Assembly: GCA_017395245.1 (NCBI GenBank) | Contig: JAFPVR010000116.1 | Location: forward strand, 22,086-86,085 | DNA length: 64,000 bases | Source: Bacteroidales bacterium | GTDB taxonomy: Bacteria; Bacteroidota; Bacteroidia; Bacteroidales; WCHB1-69 | Direction of reading: 5' to 3' | Part shown: piece after piece, positions 20,810 to 31,700 of the stretch | Numbering within the stretch: position 1 is the stretch's first letter | Layout of the letters: every line of letters begins with the position of its first letter | Notes under the pieces: model-generated | Databases searched by the model: none | Told to the model about the DNA's origin: nothing | What the model saw: only the letters and a program-made list of their open reading frames with translations | Position numbers and translations under genes: made by a program

Positions 20810-21634
20810 ATACCTCACATTGTCAATGAGTCGTACGGGGCCGACATAGACCGTGATGAACCCCATCACGCCGTGCGGGTTGTCGAGGGTGTCGGCGGTC
20901 TGGAGGGTCGCGGCGTCGGCGAGCTCGAAGTAGTCGAGCTGGAATTCCGGAATCTTGTCAATCTCGCTCTCCACGAACTGCTTGATTTCCTGGAGGGTGG
21001 CGCAAGCCTTGGACGCTTCGAGGATGCGGTGGATGTTCGCGGCAACTTCGAATTCGTGGACCGAGAGGCGGCGGTTGCGGGAGCTCATGGCCAGACCGTT
21101 GGGCTCGCGCACGATGGGGCAGGGGACAATCTCGGAGAGGATGCGGCATTGGCGGCACATCTCCTTCACGACGGCGATCTGCTGGTAGTCCTTCTCGCCG
21201 AAGTAAGACTTGTGCGGGCGCACCCATTCGAGCAGGCGGCGCACGATGACGCCCACGCCGTTAAAGTGTCCCGGACGGGCGGCACCTTCCATCACGTTGG
21301 CCACGGAGCCGAAGTCATAGACCTCGGAGGGTGCCACGGGGAAGACCTCCTCCACAGAGGGGGCGAACACGTAGTCGGCCAGGTCGCCGATGAGCTGCAC
21401 GTCGGCCTCCAACGTGCGGGGGTACTTTTGCAGGTCCTCGGCGTTGTTGAACTGCACGGGGTTCACGAAGATGGAGCAGAAAACGATGTCGTTCTCCTCG
21501 TGTGCGCGGCGGATGAGCGACAGGTGGCCTTCGTGGAGGGCGCCCATCGTGGGCACCATGCCGATGGTTTTGCCGGCGGCGCGTTCGCGAACGGCCACGT
21601 CCTGCAGTCTTTCAACAGTGGTTATGATTTCCAT
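20807..21634 (-). CDS. panC: Pantoate--beta-alanine ligase
   Basis: PTMGALHEGH, FVNPVQF, RPGHFNGV, FGEKDYQQ, AMSSRN, RLIDN. Confidence 0.97.
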   Translation of the reverse strand: MEIITTVERLQDVAVRERAAGKTIGMVPTMGALHEGHLSLIRRAHEENDIVFCSIFVNPVQFNNAEDLQKYPRTLEADVQLIGDLADYVFAPSVEEVFPVAPSEVYDFGSVANVMEGAARPGHFNGVGVIVRRLLEWVRPHKSYFGEKDYQQIAVVKEMCRQCRILSEIVPCPIVREPNGLAMSSRNRRLSVHEFEVAANIHRILEASKACATLQEIKQFVESEIDKIPEFQLDYFELADAATLQTADTLDNPHGVMGFITVYVGPVRLIDNVRY

Positions 21635-21803
21635 ATCAGTTTATCTTTCAATTATTTATACTCAAATTCTCTTTTGAGAAAAACGGTCGCAAAGGTATGA
21701 ATTTTTTTGATATTTTCACGGTGTAAAGGCGTTTTTACAAAAATAAATAAGCGCGAAACCATATTTTTTTTATTTTTGCCTTTTCATTTGAAAATTCGCG
21801 ATT

Positions 21804-22487
21804 ATGGAGAACAAACGCATACTTTTGGCCGAAGACGACATGAATTTAGGCAAGGTGCTCACCACCGTGCTCACCGGCAAGGGCTTCGACGTGAAGCACG
21901 CCAACAACGGCGAAGCTGCCTACGAACTCTTCTGCACCAACGAGTTCGACCTTTGCCTCATCGATGTGATGATGCCCATCAAGGACGGGTTCACGCTGGC
22001 GCAGGAAATCCGCAAGATGGACAAGCGAATCCCGATTATCTTCTTGACAGCCAAGACGATGCAGGAAGATATGATCAAGGGGCTCTCCATCGGCGGCGAC
22101 GACTACATCACCAAGCCGTTCACTATGGAGATTCTGCTGGCGCGGATACAGGCGCTGCTGCGGCGCACGGAAGCGCAGGAGGATGAGGGCGACCAGATTG
22201 TCAATATCGGCAATATCCAGTTCGACCGCAAACGGCACGTGCTCATCATCAACGGCGAGGAGCAGAAGATGACCTCCCGCGAGGGTGCTCTCCTTGACAT
22301 GCTCTACGAACAGCGCAACGACGTGCTCTATCGCAGCTACGCGCTCAAGAAAATCTGGGGCGAGGACAGTTTCTACAACAGCCGCAACATGGATGTCTAC
22401 ATCACGCGGCTGCGCAAGCTGCTGAAAAGCGAGCCCAATGTGCAGATTGTCAATGTGCACAGCACGGGCTTCAAGCTGATTTGGTAG
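21804..22487 (+). CDS. rprY: OmpR-family response regulator (RprY-like), no adjacent kinase
   Basis: LAEDD, DVMMP, FLTAK, DDYITKPF, IWGEDSFYNSRNMDVYITRLRK. Confidence 0.85.
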   Translation: MENKRILLAEDDMNLGKVLTTVLTGKGFDVKHANNGEAAYELFCTNEFDLCLIDVMMPIKDGFTLAQEIRKMDKRIPIIFLTAKTMQEDMIKGLSIGGDDYITKPFTMEILLARIQALLRRTEAQEDEGDQIVNIGNIQFDRKRHVLIINGEEQKMTSREGALLDMLYEQRNDVLYRSYALKKIWGEDSFYNSRNMDVYITRLRKLLKSEPNVQIVNVHSTGFKLIW

Positions 22488-22489
22488 TT

Positions 22490-23614
22490 CTATTTCCGGG
22501 CGGCATCTACTACCACCTCGGCGGCGTTCATCGAGGCTGACCCGTTGCCGAGTTTCGTGTACAATTCCTTATACTGCGCCTTCATGGCGGCGACGTGTTC
22601 CGCGTCTTCCGTGATGAGGCGCAGTTCTTTTTCTAACCTTTCCGTATTGTAGTCGTGCTGGATGAGTTCGGTTACAACCGGCGCGTCCATAATGAGGTTC
22701 GGCAGGGAAATGTAGTTGATTCCCGAGATCAAGTGCTTGGCTATCAGGTAGGAAATCTCGCTGCCGGCATAGCAGACCACCTGCGGGGTGCCGATCATGG
22801 CGGTCTCCAAGGTGGCCGTTCCGGAGGCCACGATGGCGGCCTTCGCGTTGGCCAGCAGCGCGTAGGTGTTGCCGCAGACGGTGCGGACGTTGTGGCCGTG
22901 CAAATGTTTGTCATACAATTCTTTCGGCAACCACGAAACCGTCGATACCACGAATTGGTATTGCGGAAACAGCTCCGCCACTGTCAGCATCTGCGGCAGC
23001 AGCGCGTTGACCTCCTGTCGGCGGCTGCCGGGCAGCAGGGCGATAATCTCGCGGTCATCCAACCCGTTGTCTTTCCGGAAATTGCGGACTTCCGGCCGTT
23101 CGGGCAGGTCGCGGCTTACGGCATCCAACAGCGGATGGCCCACGTAGTGCACGTTCATGCCGTTTTTGGAGTAAAATTCCTTCTCGAATGGCAAAATCAC
23201 CATCATTTCATCCACATCGCGCTTGATCTGCTTGATGCGGCCCTTCTTCCAGGCCCAGATCTGTGGCGAGATGTAATAGACGGTCTTAAGGCCGCGCTGT
23301 TTGGCAAACTCAGCGATGCGCAGGTTGAAGCCGGGGTAGTCAACGAGCACGAGCACGTCGGGATTCCATGCAATAATGTCTGTCTTACAGCGTTTTATGT
23401 TGCCCAACACGGTCCTGAGGTTGACAAAGACCTCCCAGAACCCCATGAAGGCCATCTCCTTGTAGTGGAGCAGCAGTTCCGCGCCGGCGTCGCGCATGAG
23501 GTCGCCGCCGCAGCCGCGAAACTGCGCCTCGGAGTCTTTCTGCCGGATGGCCTTGATGAGGTTGGATGCGTGCAGGTCGCCGGAGGCCTCGCCCGCCACG
23601 ATGTAGTACCGCAT
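22490..23614 (-). CDS. lpxB: Lipid-A-disaccharide synthase
   Basis: AGEASGDLH, DYPGFN, YISPQIWAW, LPGSR, SGTATLE. Confidence 0.96.
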   Translation of the reverse strand: MRYYIVAGEASGDLHASNLIKAIRQKDSEAQFRGCGGDLMRDAGAELLLHYKEMAFMGFWEVFVNLRTVLGNIKRCKTDIIAWNPDVLVLVDYPGFNLRIAEFAKQRGLKTVYYISPQIWAWKKGRIKQIKRDVDEMMVILPFEKEFYSKNGMNVHYVGHPLLDAVSRDLPERPEVRNFRKDNGLDDREIIALLPGSRRQEVNALLPQMLTVAELFPQYQFVVSTVSWLPKELYDKHLHGHNVRTVCGNTYALLANAKAAIVASGTATLETAMIGTPQVVCYAGSEISYLIAKHLISGINYISLPNLIMDAPVVTELIQHDYNTERLEKELRLITEDAEHVAAMKAQYKELYTKLGNGSASMNAAEVVVDAARK

Positions 23615-23617
23615 CGC

Positions 23618-24067
23618 CTATTGCGCTAACTGCTGTTTCACGATGTCGGAGACCGTCTTGTTGTCGGCCTTGCCGGCGAAGGCTTTGGTGGCCTGGCCCA
23701 TCACCTTGCCCATGTCCTTCATCCCGCTGAAGCCGCCCTCGGCGATGATATTCTTGACGATGGCCTCCACCTCTTCGAGGGAAAGCATTTTCGGCAGGTA
23801 GGCTTTGATGATGCCGAGTTGGAACTCCTCTTCTTCGGCGAGGTCCTCGCGGTTCTGTGCGCGGTAGGTCTCCGCCGACTCCTGGCGCTGCTTGACCAGC
23901 TGTTTCAGGATCTTGATTTCGGACTCCTCGTCGAGGTCTCCGTTGCCGCCTTTCTGGGTCTTGGCCAGCAGGATGGCGGATTTCACTGCACGTAACGCGT
24001 TCAGTTTCTGTGACTCGCGGGCTAACATGGCCGCTTTGATGTCGTTGTTGATGGTTTGTTCTAACAT
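23618..24067 (-). CDS. GatB/YqeY domain protein
   Basis: DIKAAM, KQRQESA, YLPKML, MKDMGKVMG. Confidence 0.9.
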   Translation of the reverse strand: MLEQTINNDIKAAMLARESQKLNALRAVKSAILLAKTQKGGNGDLDEESEIKILKQLVKQRQESAETYRAQNREDLAEEEEFQLGIIKAYLPKMLSLEEVEAIVKNIIAEGGFSGMKDMGKVMGQATKAFAGKADNKTVSDIVKQQLAQ

Positions 24068-24073
24068 TTTAAA

Positions 24074-24131
24074 TGGTTATGGGTTATTGGTTATTGGTTA
24101 TTGGTTATGGGTTATGGGTTATTGGTTATTG
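24074..24131 (-). repeat. TAACCAA/TAACCCA heptamer array filling the tcdA-yqeY gap
   Basis: About 8 units; supplies the tcdA C-terminus NNQ* and ends a few nt before the yqeY ATG. Confidence 0.9.
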
Positions 24132-24910
24132 AAACATGGTTCCTGTTCGCTCGCTCGTGCCACTGTCTGTACGAGGAGGCCGGCGAGGGTGAAGCCGAAG
24201 ATGACGGTGATGTGGGCGACGGTGCCGTTGGTCTGTACTTTGTGGAAGGCGTCGGGAGTGGTGTCTTCTTCGAGGTCAGTGGGTTGGTTGTCAAGAACTT
24301 CGGGGGAGTAGACGCAGAGGAACTTGCGCTCGGGGTATTGCTGCCAGTGCTTGAACTTCTTTCGCAGGCCGCGGGCGAGCGGGCAGTAGCTGACTTTCCA
24401 GAACTCATCGACGCGGATCTTGGTCGGGTCGAGCTTGAGGGCCGAACCCATGGAGGAGAACAGCGTCACGGGGAGGCTGGTGGCGTGGAGGATGAGGTGG
24501 GCCTTGGGCGATAGACTGTCGATGGCGTCGATCACGAAGTCGTACGCTTCGAGGTGGAAGCTGTCGGCAGTGTCGGCGGCATAGACTTCGGCGCGGACGG
24601 TGATGTCGGCGTCGGGATTGATGGAGAGGAGTCTGTCGCGGAGAACTTCGACCTTCAATTTTCCGACAGTCTCGGTGGTGGCCTGCACCTGCCGGTTGAG
24701 GTTGGTGACGTTCACGGTGTCGCAGTCCACGAGGGTGAGGTGGCGCACACCGCTACGCACGAGGCTTTCGGCGCACCAGCCGCCCACGCCGCCCACACCG
24801 AAGAGGATGACGCGCACATTGGCCAGTCGCGCCATCGCCTCGCCACCGAGCAACCGCTCCGTGCGGTCGAACATGCCGGCAGTGCTAAGGTTTTCTTCGT
24901 TTGCGGTCAT
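24119..24910 (-). CDS. tcdA: ThiF-family tRNA threonylcarbamoyladenosine dehydratase
   Basis: GVGGVG, LVRSGV, TNLNRQ, IDAIDS, SSMGSALKLDP, CPLAR. Confidence 0.88.
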   Translation of the reverse strand: MTANEENLSTAGMFDRTERLLGGEAMARLANVRVILFGVGGVGGWCAESLVRSGVRHLTLVDCDTVNVTNLNRQVQATTETVGKLKVEVLRDRLLSINPDADITVRAEVYAADTADSFHLEAYDFVIDAIDSLSPKAHLILHATSLPVTLFSSMGSALKLDPTKIRVDEFWKVSYCPLARGLRKKFKHWQQYPERKFLCVYSPEVLDNQPTDLEEDTTPDAFHKVQTNGTVAHITVIFGFTLAGLLVQTVARASEQEPCFNNQ

Positions 24911-25626
24911 ATATCTTCACGTCTTAATAAGTCGCTGGTAATCATGCGGTTGTCTTCCATCGGGAATTTGAGTTTCCCGTAGTTGGCCTCCGACACCGAC
25001 ATCTTGTGGTGCAGCTTCTGAAATAGTTTCTTCCGCCGGTATTCTTTCACGGCCGCTTCGGACTCATAATACAGATATTGGAGGAAGTCCAGCACCTGTT
25101 TGCTCTTTTTCTGCTCTTGTGCGATGAGCTGCGGGGTGTTCTGGCAGAGGATTTTGTGGTCGGCCGCAAGGGGTAGCATTGCGATATAGTCTTCGATGTC
25201 GGCCTGTTTGTCGGCGGAGAGCAGGAACAGATAGTCGGCTTGCGGGTAGGAGAACAGGATTTTCGTAAACCCTTGATTGTTGAAGAGATAGTAGTCGTCT
25301 TCGAACAGCAGCCCGCCGAGAAGCGGGTTTTGTTCTCCCATTGAGAGGGAAAGCGGGGCGGTGGTTTTGTTGGCTAAAATCACCAGGTCGATTTCAAACT
25401 CCTGATTGAAAGAGGTGAAATACATTGGGAATCGCAGGTCCGGATGTATTTCGTCCAGGGTGATATCCCCGATGTAGGCGCAGGGTTGTTTGAGCCGTTT
25501 CTGCACTTGGTTGGCGAAGGCGAGGTGCGTGAGAGGTGACTTCACCCAGCAGAGCCAGTAGTTGTTGGCGCTGCCGAACGAGTCTAACGAGATGACGCTC
25601 TCGGTGTTTTTCCTTCGCGTAGCCAT
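24907..25626 (-). CDS. Hypothetical protein
   Basis: 239-aa ORF translationally coupled to tcdA; no motif recognised with confidence. Confidence 0.7.
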   Translation of the reverse strand: MATRRKNTESVISLDSFGSANNYWLCWVKSPLTHLAFANQVQKRLKQPCAYIGDITLDEIHPDLRFPMYFTSFNQEFEIDLVILANKTTAPLSLSMGEQNPLLGGLLFEDDYYLFNNQGFTKILFSYPQADYLFLLSADKQADIEDYIAMLPLAADHKILCQNTPQLIAQEQKKSKQVLDFLQYLYYESEAAVKEYRRKKLFQKLHHKMSVSEANYGKLKFPMEDNRMITSDLLRREDI

Positions 25627-25634
25627 AACAGTCT

Positions 25635-26249
25635 CTATTTCAGCACTTCGGCGTAACGGTTCTCAATCACGGTCCAGTCGAGGATACGGAAGAGATCCTT
25701 GAGCTGGTCGGCGCGGCGGTTCTGGTAGTCGAGGTAGTAGGCATGCTCCCACACGTCGAAGGTGAGCAGAGGGTGGAGGCCATGCTGGAGCGGGTTGCCG
25801 GCGTTGGGCTCTTGGGTGATTTGCAGCTTGCCTTCCTCGTCGGCGGCGAGCCATACCCAACCGGAACCGAACAGGGAGACGCCCTTCTGCACGAACTCGG
25901 TCATGAAGTTGTTGATAGAGCCGAAGTCGCGGTCGAGGGCGGCGGCGAGCAGTCCCGACGGGGCGGACTTGGCGGGCTTCGGGGCGAACTGGAGGAAGTA
26001 GAGGTTATGGTTGAGGGTTTGGCCGGCATTGTTGCGCATGCCGCCCTCGGCCTTCACGACGACCTCCTCAAGGGGCAGGTTCTCCAACGGGCTGCCGGGC
26101 AGTGCGGCGTTGAGGTTGTTGACGTAGGCCTGCAGGTGCTTGCCGTGGTGAAACTGGATGGTCTGTGCCGAGATCACCGGCGCGAGCGCGTCCTCCGCGT
26201 AGGGTAGGGGAAGCAGTTCGAATTTTCCGTCTATAGGGTTGGTAATCAT
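25635..26249 (-). CDS. sod: Fe/Mn superoxide dismutase
   Basis: LPYAEDALAP, HHGKH, NHNLYF, FGSGWVWL, DVWEHAYY. Confidence 0.96.
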   Translation of the reverse strand: MITNPIDGKFELLPLPYAEDALAPVISAQTIQFHHGKHLQAYVNNLNAALPGSPLENLPLEEVVVKAEGGMRNNAGQTLNHNLYFLQFAPKPAKSAPSGLLAAALDRDFGSINNFMTEFVQKGVSLFGSGWVWLAADEEGKLQITQEPNAGNPLQHGLHPLLTFDVWEHAYYLDYQNRRADQLKDLFRILDWTVIENRYAEVLK

Positions 26250-26327
26250 TGTTTTAAGTTTTTGATGAACGAAAGCGCAAATGTACATAAATTTCAAATA
26301 TACACAGGCGTGATGAGATTGTCGTAT

Positions 26328-26440
26328 GTAGAGCCGTCATAATATGGCGGCTCTACCCTCGGAGTTACACCGGAGTTACACCGGTGTAGAGACGCAAAAT
26401 TTTGCGTCTCTGCAGAGCCGTCATAATATGGCGTCTCTAC
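26328..26440. repeat. Cluster of three GTAG-type REP palindromes plus an 11-mer repeat (GGAGTTACACC)
   Basis: Palindromes at 26328-26356, 26386-26413 and 26412-26440; the last supplies the TAG stop of the neighbouring minus-strand gene. Confidence 0.85.
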
Positions 26441-28062
26441 ATTTCCACCCATTTCAGGTTGAACCGGTAGTGGACGCGGCTGGAGAGGAGGTGGATGATG
26501 CCGTCGGGGGTCTGCGTGCAGGCCAGGTAGCCGGCGGGCTCGGCGTGATCGGCATCGAGGGTGAACGTGCCGGTCCAGGCACCGCCGTCGAGGGTGCGCG
26601 TCTTGCCGTCGGTGAGTAGCTTACGCACCGGCCATGTCTCGCCCTCGTCGTAGGAGAGCGCCACGAAGAGCCCCTGCTCGCCGAAGGAGCAGAGCATCAG
26701 CGGACCCTCCTGCAGACGGCGGAACACCAATCGCTGTCCGCTGCCGATAGGCGGGAAGGGGGAGGCACTGTAAGTCCACTCTTTCCCCATGCCGAGACCA
26801 CGGCTGCAGGGCATCCGGCCGTCGATGGAGTTGCCGCGCCCGAGGGCCATTAGGGAGCCGTCGCGCAGCTCCACGATACCGGCGTGTATGCCCGCGATGG
26901 TGCCGCGTAAGTCTTCGAAGTAGGTGTCTGAGAAACCGACGAGCAATGCGGTACCGTCCTCGCCGCCGGGCCCCGCGTCACAGCAAAGCAGGATGTCGCC
27001 ATTGTTGGTCACGATGGGACCGGCGATAACCTGGTGATGCACATCGTGAGAGGGCTTTGCCAGATAGGGATGGCTCCAAGAAAGTCCGCCGTCGAGGCTT
27101 TTGCGCACGCAGAGCGCGAGGTCGCGCCACTCGCCCGCGTCGCCCACACCGTTGAAGTGCAGCATCGAGCCATCGGGCATCGTCAGCAAGGCGCTGCCGG
27201 TCATATTGCGCTCGGGAACTTTGAAGAAGAGGCTCGCCGGAGACCACGCGCCGTCATGGTAGAGCGACTGTAGCACCACCATCTCGCGCCCCGCCTCGGA
27301 TTCGGTGGAGAACCAGATGGCCAGCAGGTCGCCGTTGGTCGTATAGGTGACGGCCGGCTGGTGGTTGTGGGAATAGAATGGGGTCTGCGTGTCGACGGGC
27401 GGGATGATGTAGGGCTGTGGTTCGGCGAAAAAGGGCTCTTGCGTCATATCCGGTACAACCTCCTCTACCACACGGAATCCCCGCAGTACGGAACGATCCG
27501 TAGGAATGGCCGCGCTGCGGACGTCGCTGCGCAGGTATCGCACCTCCGTGTTGTGGCTGCCCCCGCGCGTGACGCGGAAGTCGGCCGATGCGTCCCAGGG
27601 ATCGAGACACCACTCCTCCACGTTGCCGTGCATGTCGTAGAGTCCCCAGACGTTGGGCGCGAACTGTGCCACTAGAAGCGAGACGGTGTCTTTGACGCGA
27701 TTATTGCGCTGGGCCTTCCACTGATTTTCGGGGAAAGTGTCGCCGGTGTTGTAGGCGGTGGTCGTGCTGGCGCGGCAGGCCAGTTCCCACTCATCCTCCA
27801 AGGGAAGCCGGAAACGACGGCCCGAGACCTGCGACAGCCAGTGGCAGTACTCCATCGCGTCGTACCATGACACCATGGTCACCGCATCGTTGTCGCCGGT
27901 GGAGAATGTGCGTTTGCTAAAGGGGTCGAAGACTTCGTATTGCGCGTTGGTGATTTCCGTGGCACTCATACGGATGCGGGTGCCCGGGATGTCCACCATC
28001 GTCGGGATGGTGTCGGCCGGCGTTAGCGCCAGCAGCAGGGAGATGATGGTAAGTGACATCAT
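26437..28062 (-). CDS. FGE-sulfatase (SUMF1) domain fused to a BNR/sialidase-like propeller
   Basis: TEITNAQY, VSWYDA, PNVWGLYDMHGNVEEW, RGGS; Asp-boxes SLDGGLSW and SYDEGETW. Confidence 0.82.
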   Translation of the reverse strand: MMSLTIISLLLALTPADTIPTMVDIPGTRIRMSATEITNAQYEVFDPFSKRTFSTGDNDAVTMVSWYDAMEYCHWLSQVSGRRFRLPLEDEWELACRASTTTAYNTGDTFPENQWKAQRNNRVKDTVSLLVAQFAPNVWGLYDMHGNVEEWCLDPWDASADFRVTRGGSHNTEVRYLRSDVRSAAIPTDRSVLRGFRVVEEVVPDMTQEPFFAEPQPYIIPPVDTQTPFYSHNHQPAVTYTTNGDLLAIWFSTESEAGREMVVLQSLYHDGAWSPASLFFKVPERNMTGSALLTMPDGSMLHFNGVGDAGEWRDLALCVRKSLDGGLSWSHPYLAKPSHDVHHQVIAGPIVTNNGDILLCCDAGPGGEDGTALLVGFSDTYFEDLRGTIAGIHAGIVELRDGSLMALGRGNSIDGRMPCSRGLGMGKEWTYSASPFPPIGSGQRLVFRRLQEGPLMLCSFGEQGLFVALSYDEGETWPVRKLLTDGKTRTLDGGAWTGTFTLDADHAEPAGYLACTQTPDGIIHLLSSRVHYRFNLKWVEM

Positions 28063-28169
28063 AAGAACGGTTTTAAAAGCCCGCAAAAATATAATTTTCC
28101 CCCAACAGTTAAAGTCAACGTTCCACGTAAAAATTGTATCTTTGCCGTTTCAATAAAAAAAACGAGACT

Positions 28170-28604
28170 ATGCAAGAATATCAAATCCGATTGATGACGA
28201 TTGACGATTACGACCAGGTGTATGCGCTTTGGTCAATTACCGAGGGCATGGCACTGCGCGGGTATGACGACTCCGCGGAGGGCATCGCCAAGTTCTTGAA
28301 GAAGAACCCCACCTCCAATTTCGTGGCGGTGATGGACGGCGAGATTGTGGGGGTGATTATGTGCGGCATGGACGGTCGCCGCGCCTACATCTACCACACC
28401 GTCGTGCGCAAGGACCTAAGGCAGCGCGGCATCGGCAAGGCGCTGCTCGGTATGGTCTATCACGCCATCGAGGCCGAGGGCATCAAGAAGAACGGGTTGC
28501 TGGTGATGCGCGACAACGAAATCGGCAACACCTTCTGGCGGATGCAGGGCTGGACCGAGCGCACCGACCTCAATTATTACAGCAAGAACAACGTGGAACA
28601 GTAG
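28170..28604 (+). CDS. GNAT acetyltransferase (YpeA-like)
   Basis: DGRRAYIYHTVV, RQRGIGKALL, N..GNTFW..GW. Confidence 0.88.
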   Translation: MQEYQIRLMTIDDYDQVYALWSITEGMALRGYDDSAEGIAKFLKKNPTSNFVAVMDGEIVGVIMCGMDGRRAYIYHTVVRKDLRQRGIGKALLGMVYHAIEAEGIKKNGLLVMRDNEIGNTFWRMQGWTERTDLNYYSKNNVEQ

Positions 28605-28628
28605 GGGCGAATGATTATTCGCCCCTAC
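28601..28628. repeat. GTAG-type REP supplying the GNAT stop codon
   Basis: GTAGGGGCGAATGATTATTCGCCCCTAC. Confidence 0.88.
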
Positions 28629-28727
28629 GGGCACCTCGGTGTCTAAAAAATGAGCAAGTGTATCTTCGCATGCTCAGTCAATTGTTGACCATATAATCCA
28701 ATTAATCAATAACATAATCCAACAAAA

Positions 28728-31700
28728 ATGAAGAAACTGTTACTTTTGACAGCCTTGGTCGCGGCGTTTCTCGCGGTCGGGGCGCAGAACCAGGTCCCCG
28801 TGCTCTCCGAAGGCTTTGACGGCGGTTCCATCCCGGCAGGATGGACGGTGATTGACGCGGATAACGACAACGACACCTGGACGCATTCGTCGGCGTTCCC
28901 GAGCTCCTTTATCGCTGTTCCGACACACAACGGCAGCAGCGGAAGCGTCTATTCCGGCTCCATAAACGTGCAGACGTACAACCCGTTGACACCCGACAAT
29001 TGGTTGGTGACACCGGAGGTGACGCTCACCGGCAACAGCACGCTGACCTATTGGATGAGCATATCCGACGGGTACTATCCCGGCGACTATTACGGCGTGT
29101 TCATCACGACTGTCAGCAACCCTACAACAGCGGATTTCACGCAGCTGTTTGCGGAAACAATGACATCGGCCGACGATGTATGGGGAATGCGCACGGTGAA
29201 CCTGGACAGTTACGCCGGACAAACGGTCCGGATTGCTTTCCGGCATTTCAACTGCACAGATGACGACATTCTCATTCTGGATGATGTCACGGTGTTGACA
29301 TCCGCTTCGGCCCCTGTCCTGACGGTGTCGCCGCCGGAATTGAGTTTCAGTAATATCTCGGTAGGCTCCGTCTCCTCCTCCCAGACGGTGGAAGTGGGGG
29401 GCTTCAACGTGACGGGCACGGTGGATGTCGCGGTGATTTCTCCCTTCGAGATTTCGGATGACAACCTGAACTTCAGCACTACGGTGTCGCTGCCGGACAC
29501 GGGTGGGACGCTGTATGTCCGCTACGCTCCTACGACCGTTGCCACCGACACGGTGGTCATGACGGTTACGGCTGGAGGGGTCTCGCAAACGGTCACGCTC
29601 GTGGGCAACGGCATAGACTGCAGTTTCGTCACCCTGCCGTTCTTCGACGGGTTCGAGGGTCCGGAGTTGAACCCTTGCTGGACAGTCGTTTTCAACGGCA
29701 CGACCAATCTGCTGGTGTATGGTGTGCAAAACGAGGCCGCTTCCGAAGGGACGCAGTCGTTTGCCATGATTCCTTTCTACGCCAGCACCTACGACTTGTA
29801 TCTTATCACTCCCGAACTGCCCTTGTCCGGCACGAAGATGGTCTCCTTCGACCATCGGGGTTACTTCTACACGGAGACTTTCGTGGTGGGCTATTCCACG
29901 ACCACGAATGATCCGGATGCCTTCACGTGGGGCGAGACAGTGCTTTCGCCTGCTGCGGATAATCCGTGGAACCAATACCAGAACGTCAATATTCCGGGCA
30001 ATGCGAAGTACATCGCCATCCACCATACCACATCCAACGGCATGATGCTCTTTATTGACAACTTCACAGTTTCGGAAGTCTCCTCCTGCATGGCCCCCAT
30101 GAATCTCTCTGCCGGCAATATCACCACCACCTCGGCGGATCTTTCCTGGTACCAGACTTCCGGAAACTTGGACATCACGCTCTACTACGTGTCGTCCGCC
30201 GACACAAACGTGGCCGCAATCCCGTCCGTCTCCCTGACCGATGATGTCTATACGTTCGGGAACCTTACCCCGGGTGTTACTTACTATTGGATGCTGGGTG
30301 TCATTTGCGACGGTGACACGCTCTTTTCCGAAGCTAATTCGTTCACCACGCCGTGCGAGGCGATTGCCTTGCTGCCCTACACGGAGAATTTTGACGGCAC
30401 TGCTGTCGGCCAGGTTCCCGCCTGTTGGATGCAACTTGATCCGTACGACGGCTATCCCAGCGTGGTCAGCTCTCATGCGCACAGCGGCAATGCGTTGGAG
30501 TTCGATGGCGACACCTACACCGGGGCCCCCGTATTTGCCGTGCTGCCGGCGTTCACCCAAGACCTTTCCACACTTCAGGTCTCGTTCTGGACCCGTCGCG
30601 AAGGAACATCTTCCGGTACGTTCAGCGTGGGCTATGTTACCGATTTCACCGACGCTTCCACCTTTGTGGAGATGGCTTCTTATACCGCCGCGCAAATGGG
30701 CGACAACAATTACCACTTCTTTAACGTCCTTTTCAATGGCGTGACCACCGTTCCGGGCACAAATTATTACATCGCTTTCAAGTATGAGACCACCAACTAC
30801 TGGTTCTGGTATTTGGATGATGTCACCGTGGACGTGATTCCCGCCTGCATGGCACCGCAAGACCTTTCCGTGACGGCGGTGACGAATTCGACGGCGACGC
30901 TGAACTGGACTGGCAATTCGAACAGCTACACCATATATTATAGAGTGTCCGGGGAAACCTCTTGGGACAGCGTTAGTCACGTTACACCCGGCGCGAACGG
31001 CTACACGGTAGGGGGACTTTCCGCCAGTACCCTGTATCAATGGTACGTGGCCGCGGAATGTGGCGACAGTTTGGTTGCGAGTCTCGCCACCGGCACGTTC
31101 GCGACGGACTGCGGTGTCTTTGCGGCACCGTTTACCGAGACTTTTGCCGCCGCTTCGCTGCCCATCTGCTGGTCCCTTTATACGGGTTTGGCTGACAGCG
31201 TGTTTGCCGGAGCTCCATTGACAGGTACCACCGACGGTTGGGAGTTCGACAATGTCAATACCTTTGGCAGCTATCATGCCGCGCTGAACATCAACGGCAC
31301 CTCGTGCAGCCACTGGATTGTGTCGCCGGCCATCGACTTGAACGGACTTTCCGCCCCGATGTTGACCTTCGACCTTGCCCTGACGGACAACGACAATGCG
31401 AATCCCGTTGAGAACCCCAACGACCAGATAGACGACCGTTTCATGGTGCTGTTCTCCATTGACGACGGTGCGACGTGGAGTGCGAGTAACGCCATTGTGT
31501 GGAGCAACAATGGTCTTGGCAACCACGCCTTCAACCAGATTGCTGCTACTGGGCAGACGGTGAACCTCCCGTTGGCCAACTACGCGGACGAAACCGTGCG
31601 TATCGCTTTCTACGGCGAATCGACGGTGTCGAACGGCGACAACGACCTGCACATCGACAATGTGAGGGTAGGGGAGACCCCGCAGTGCATGCCCCGTCCT

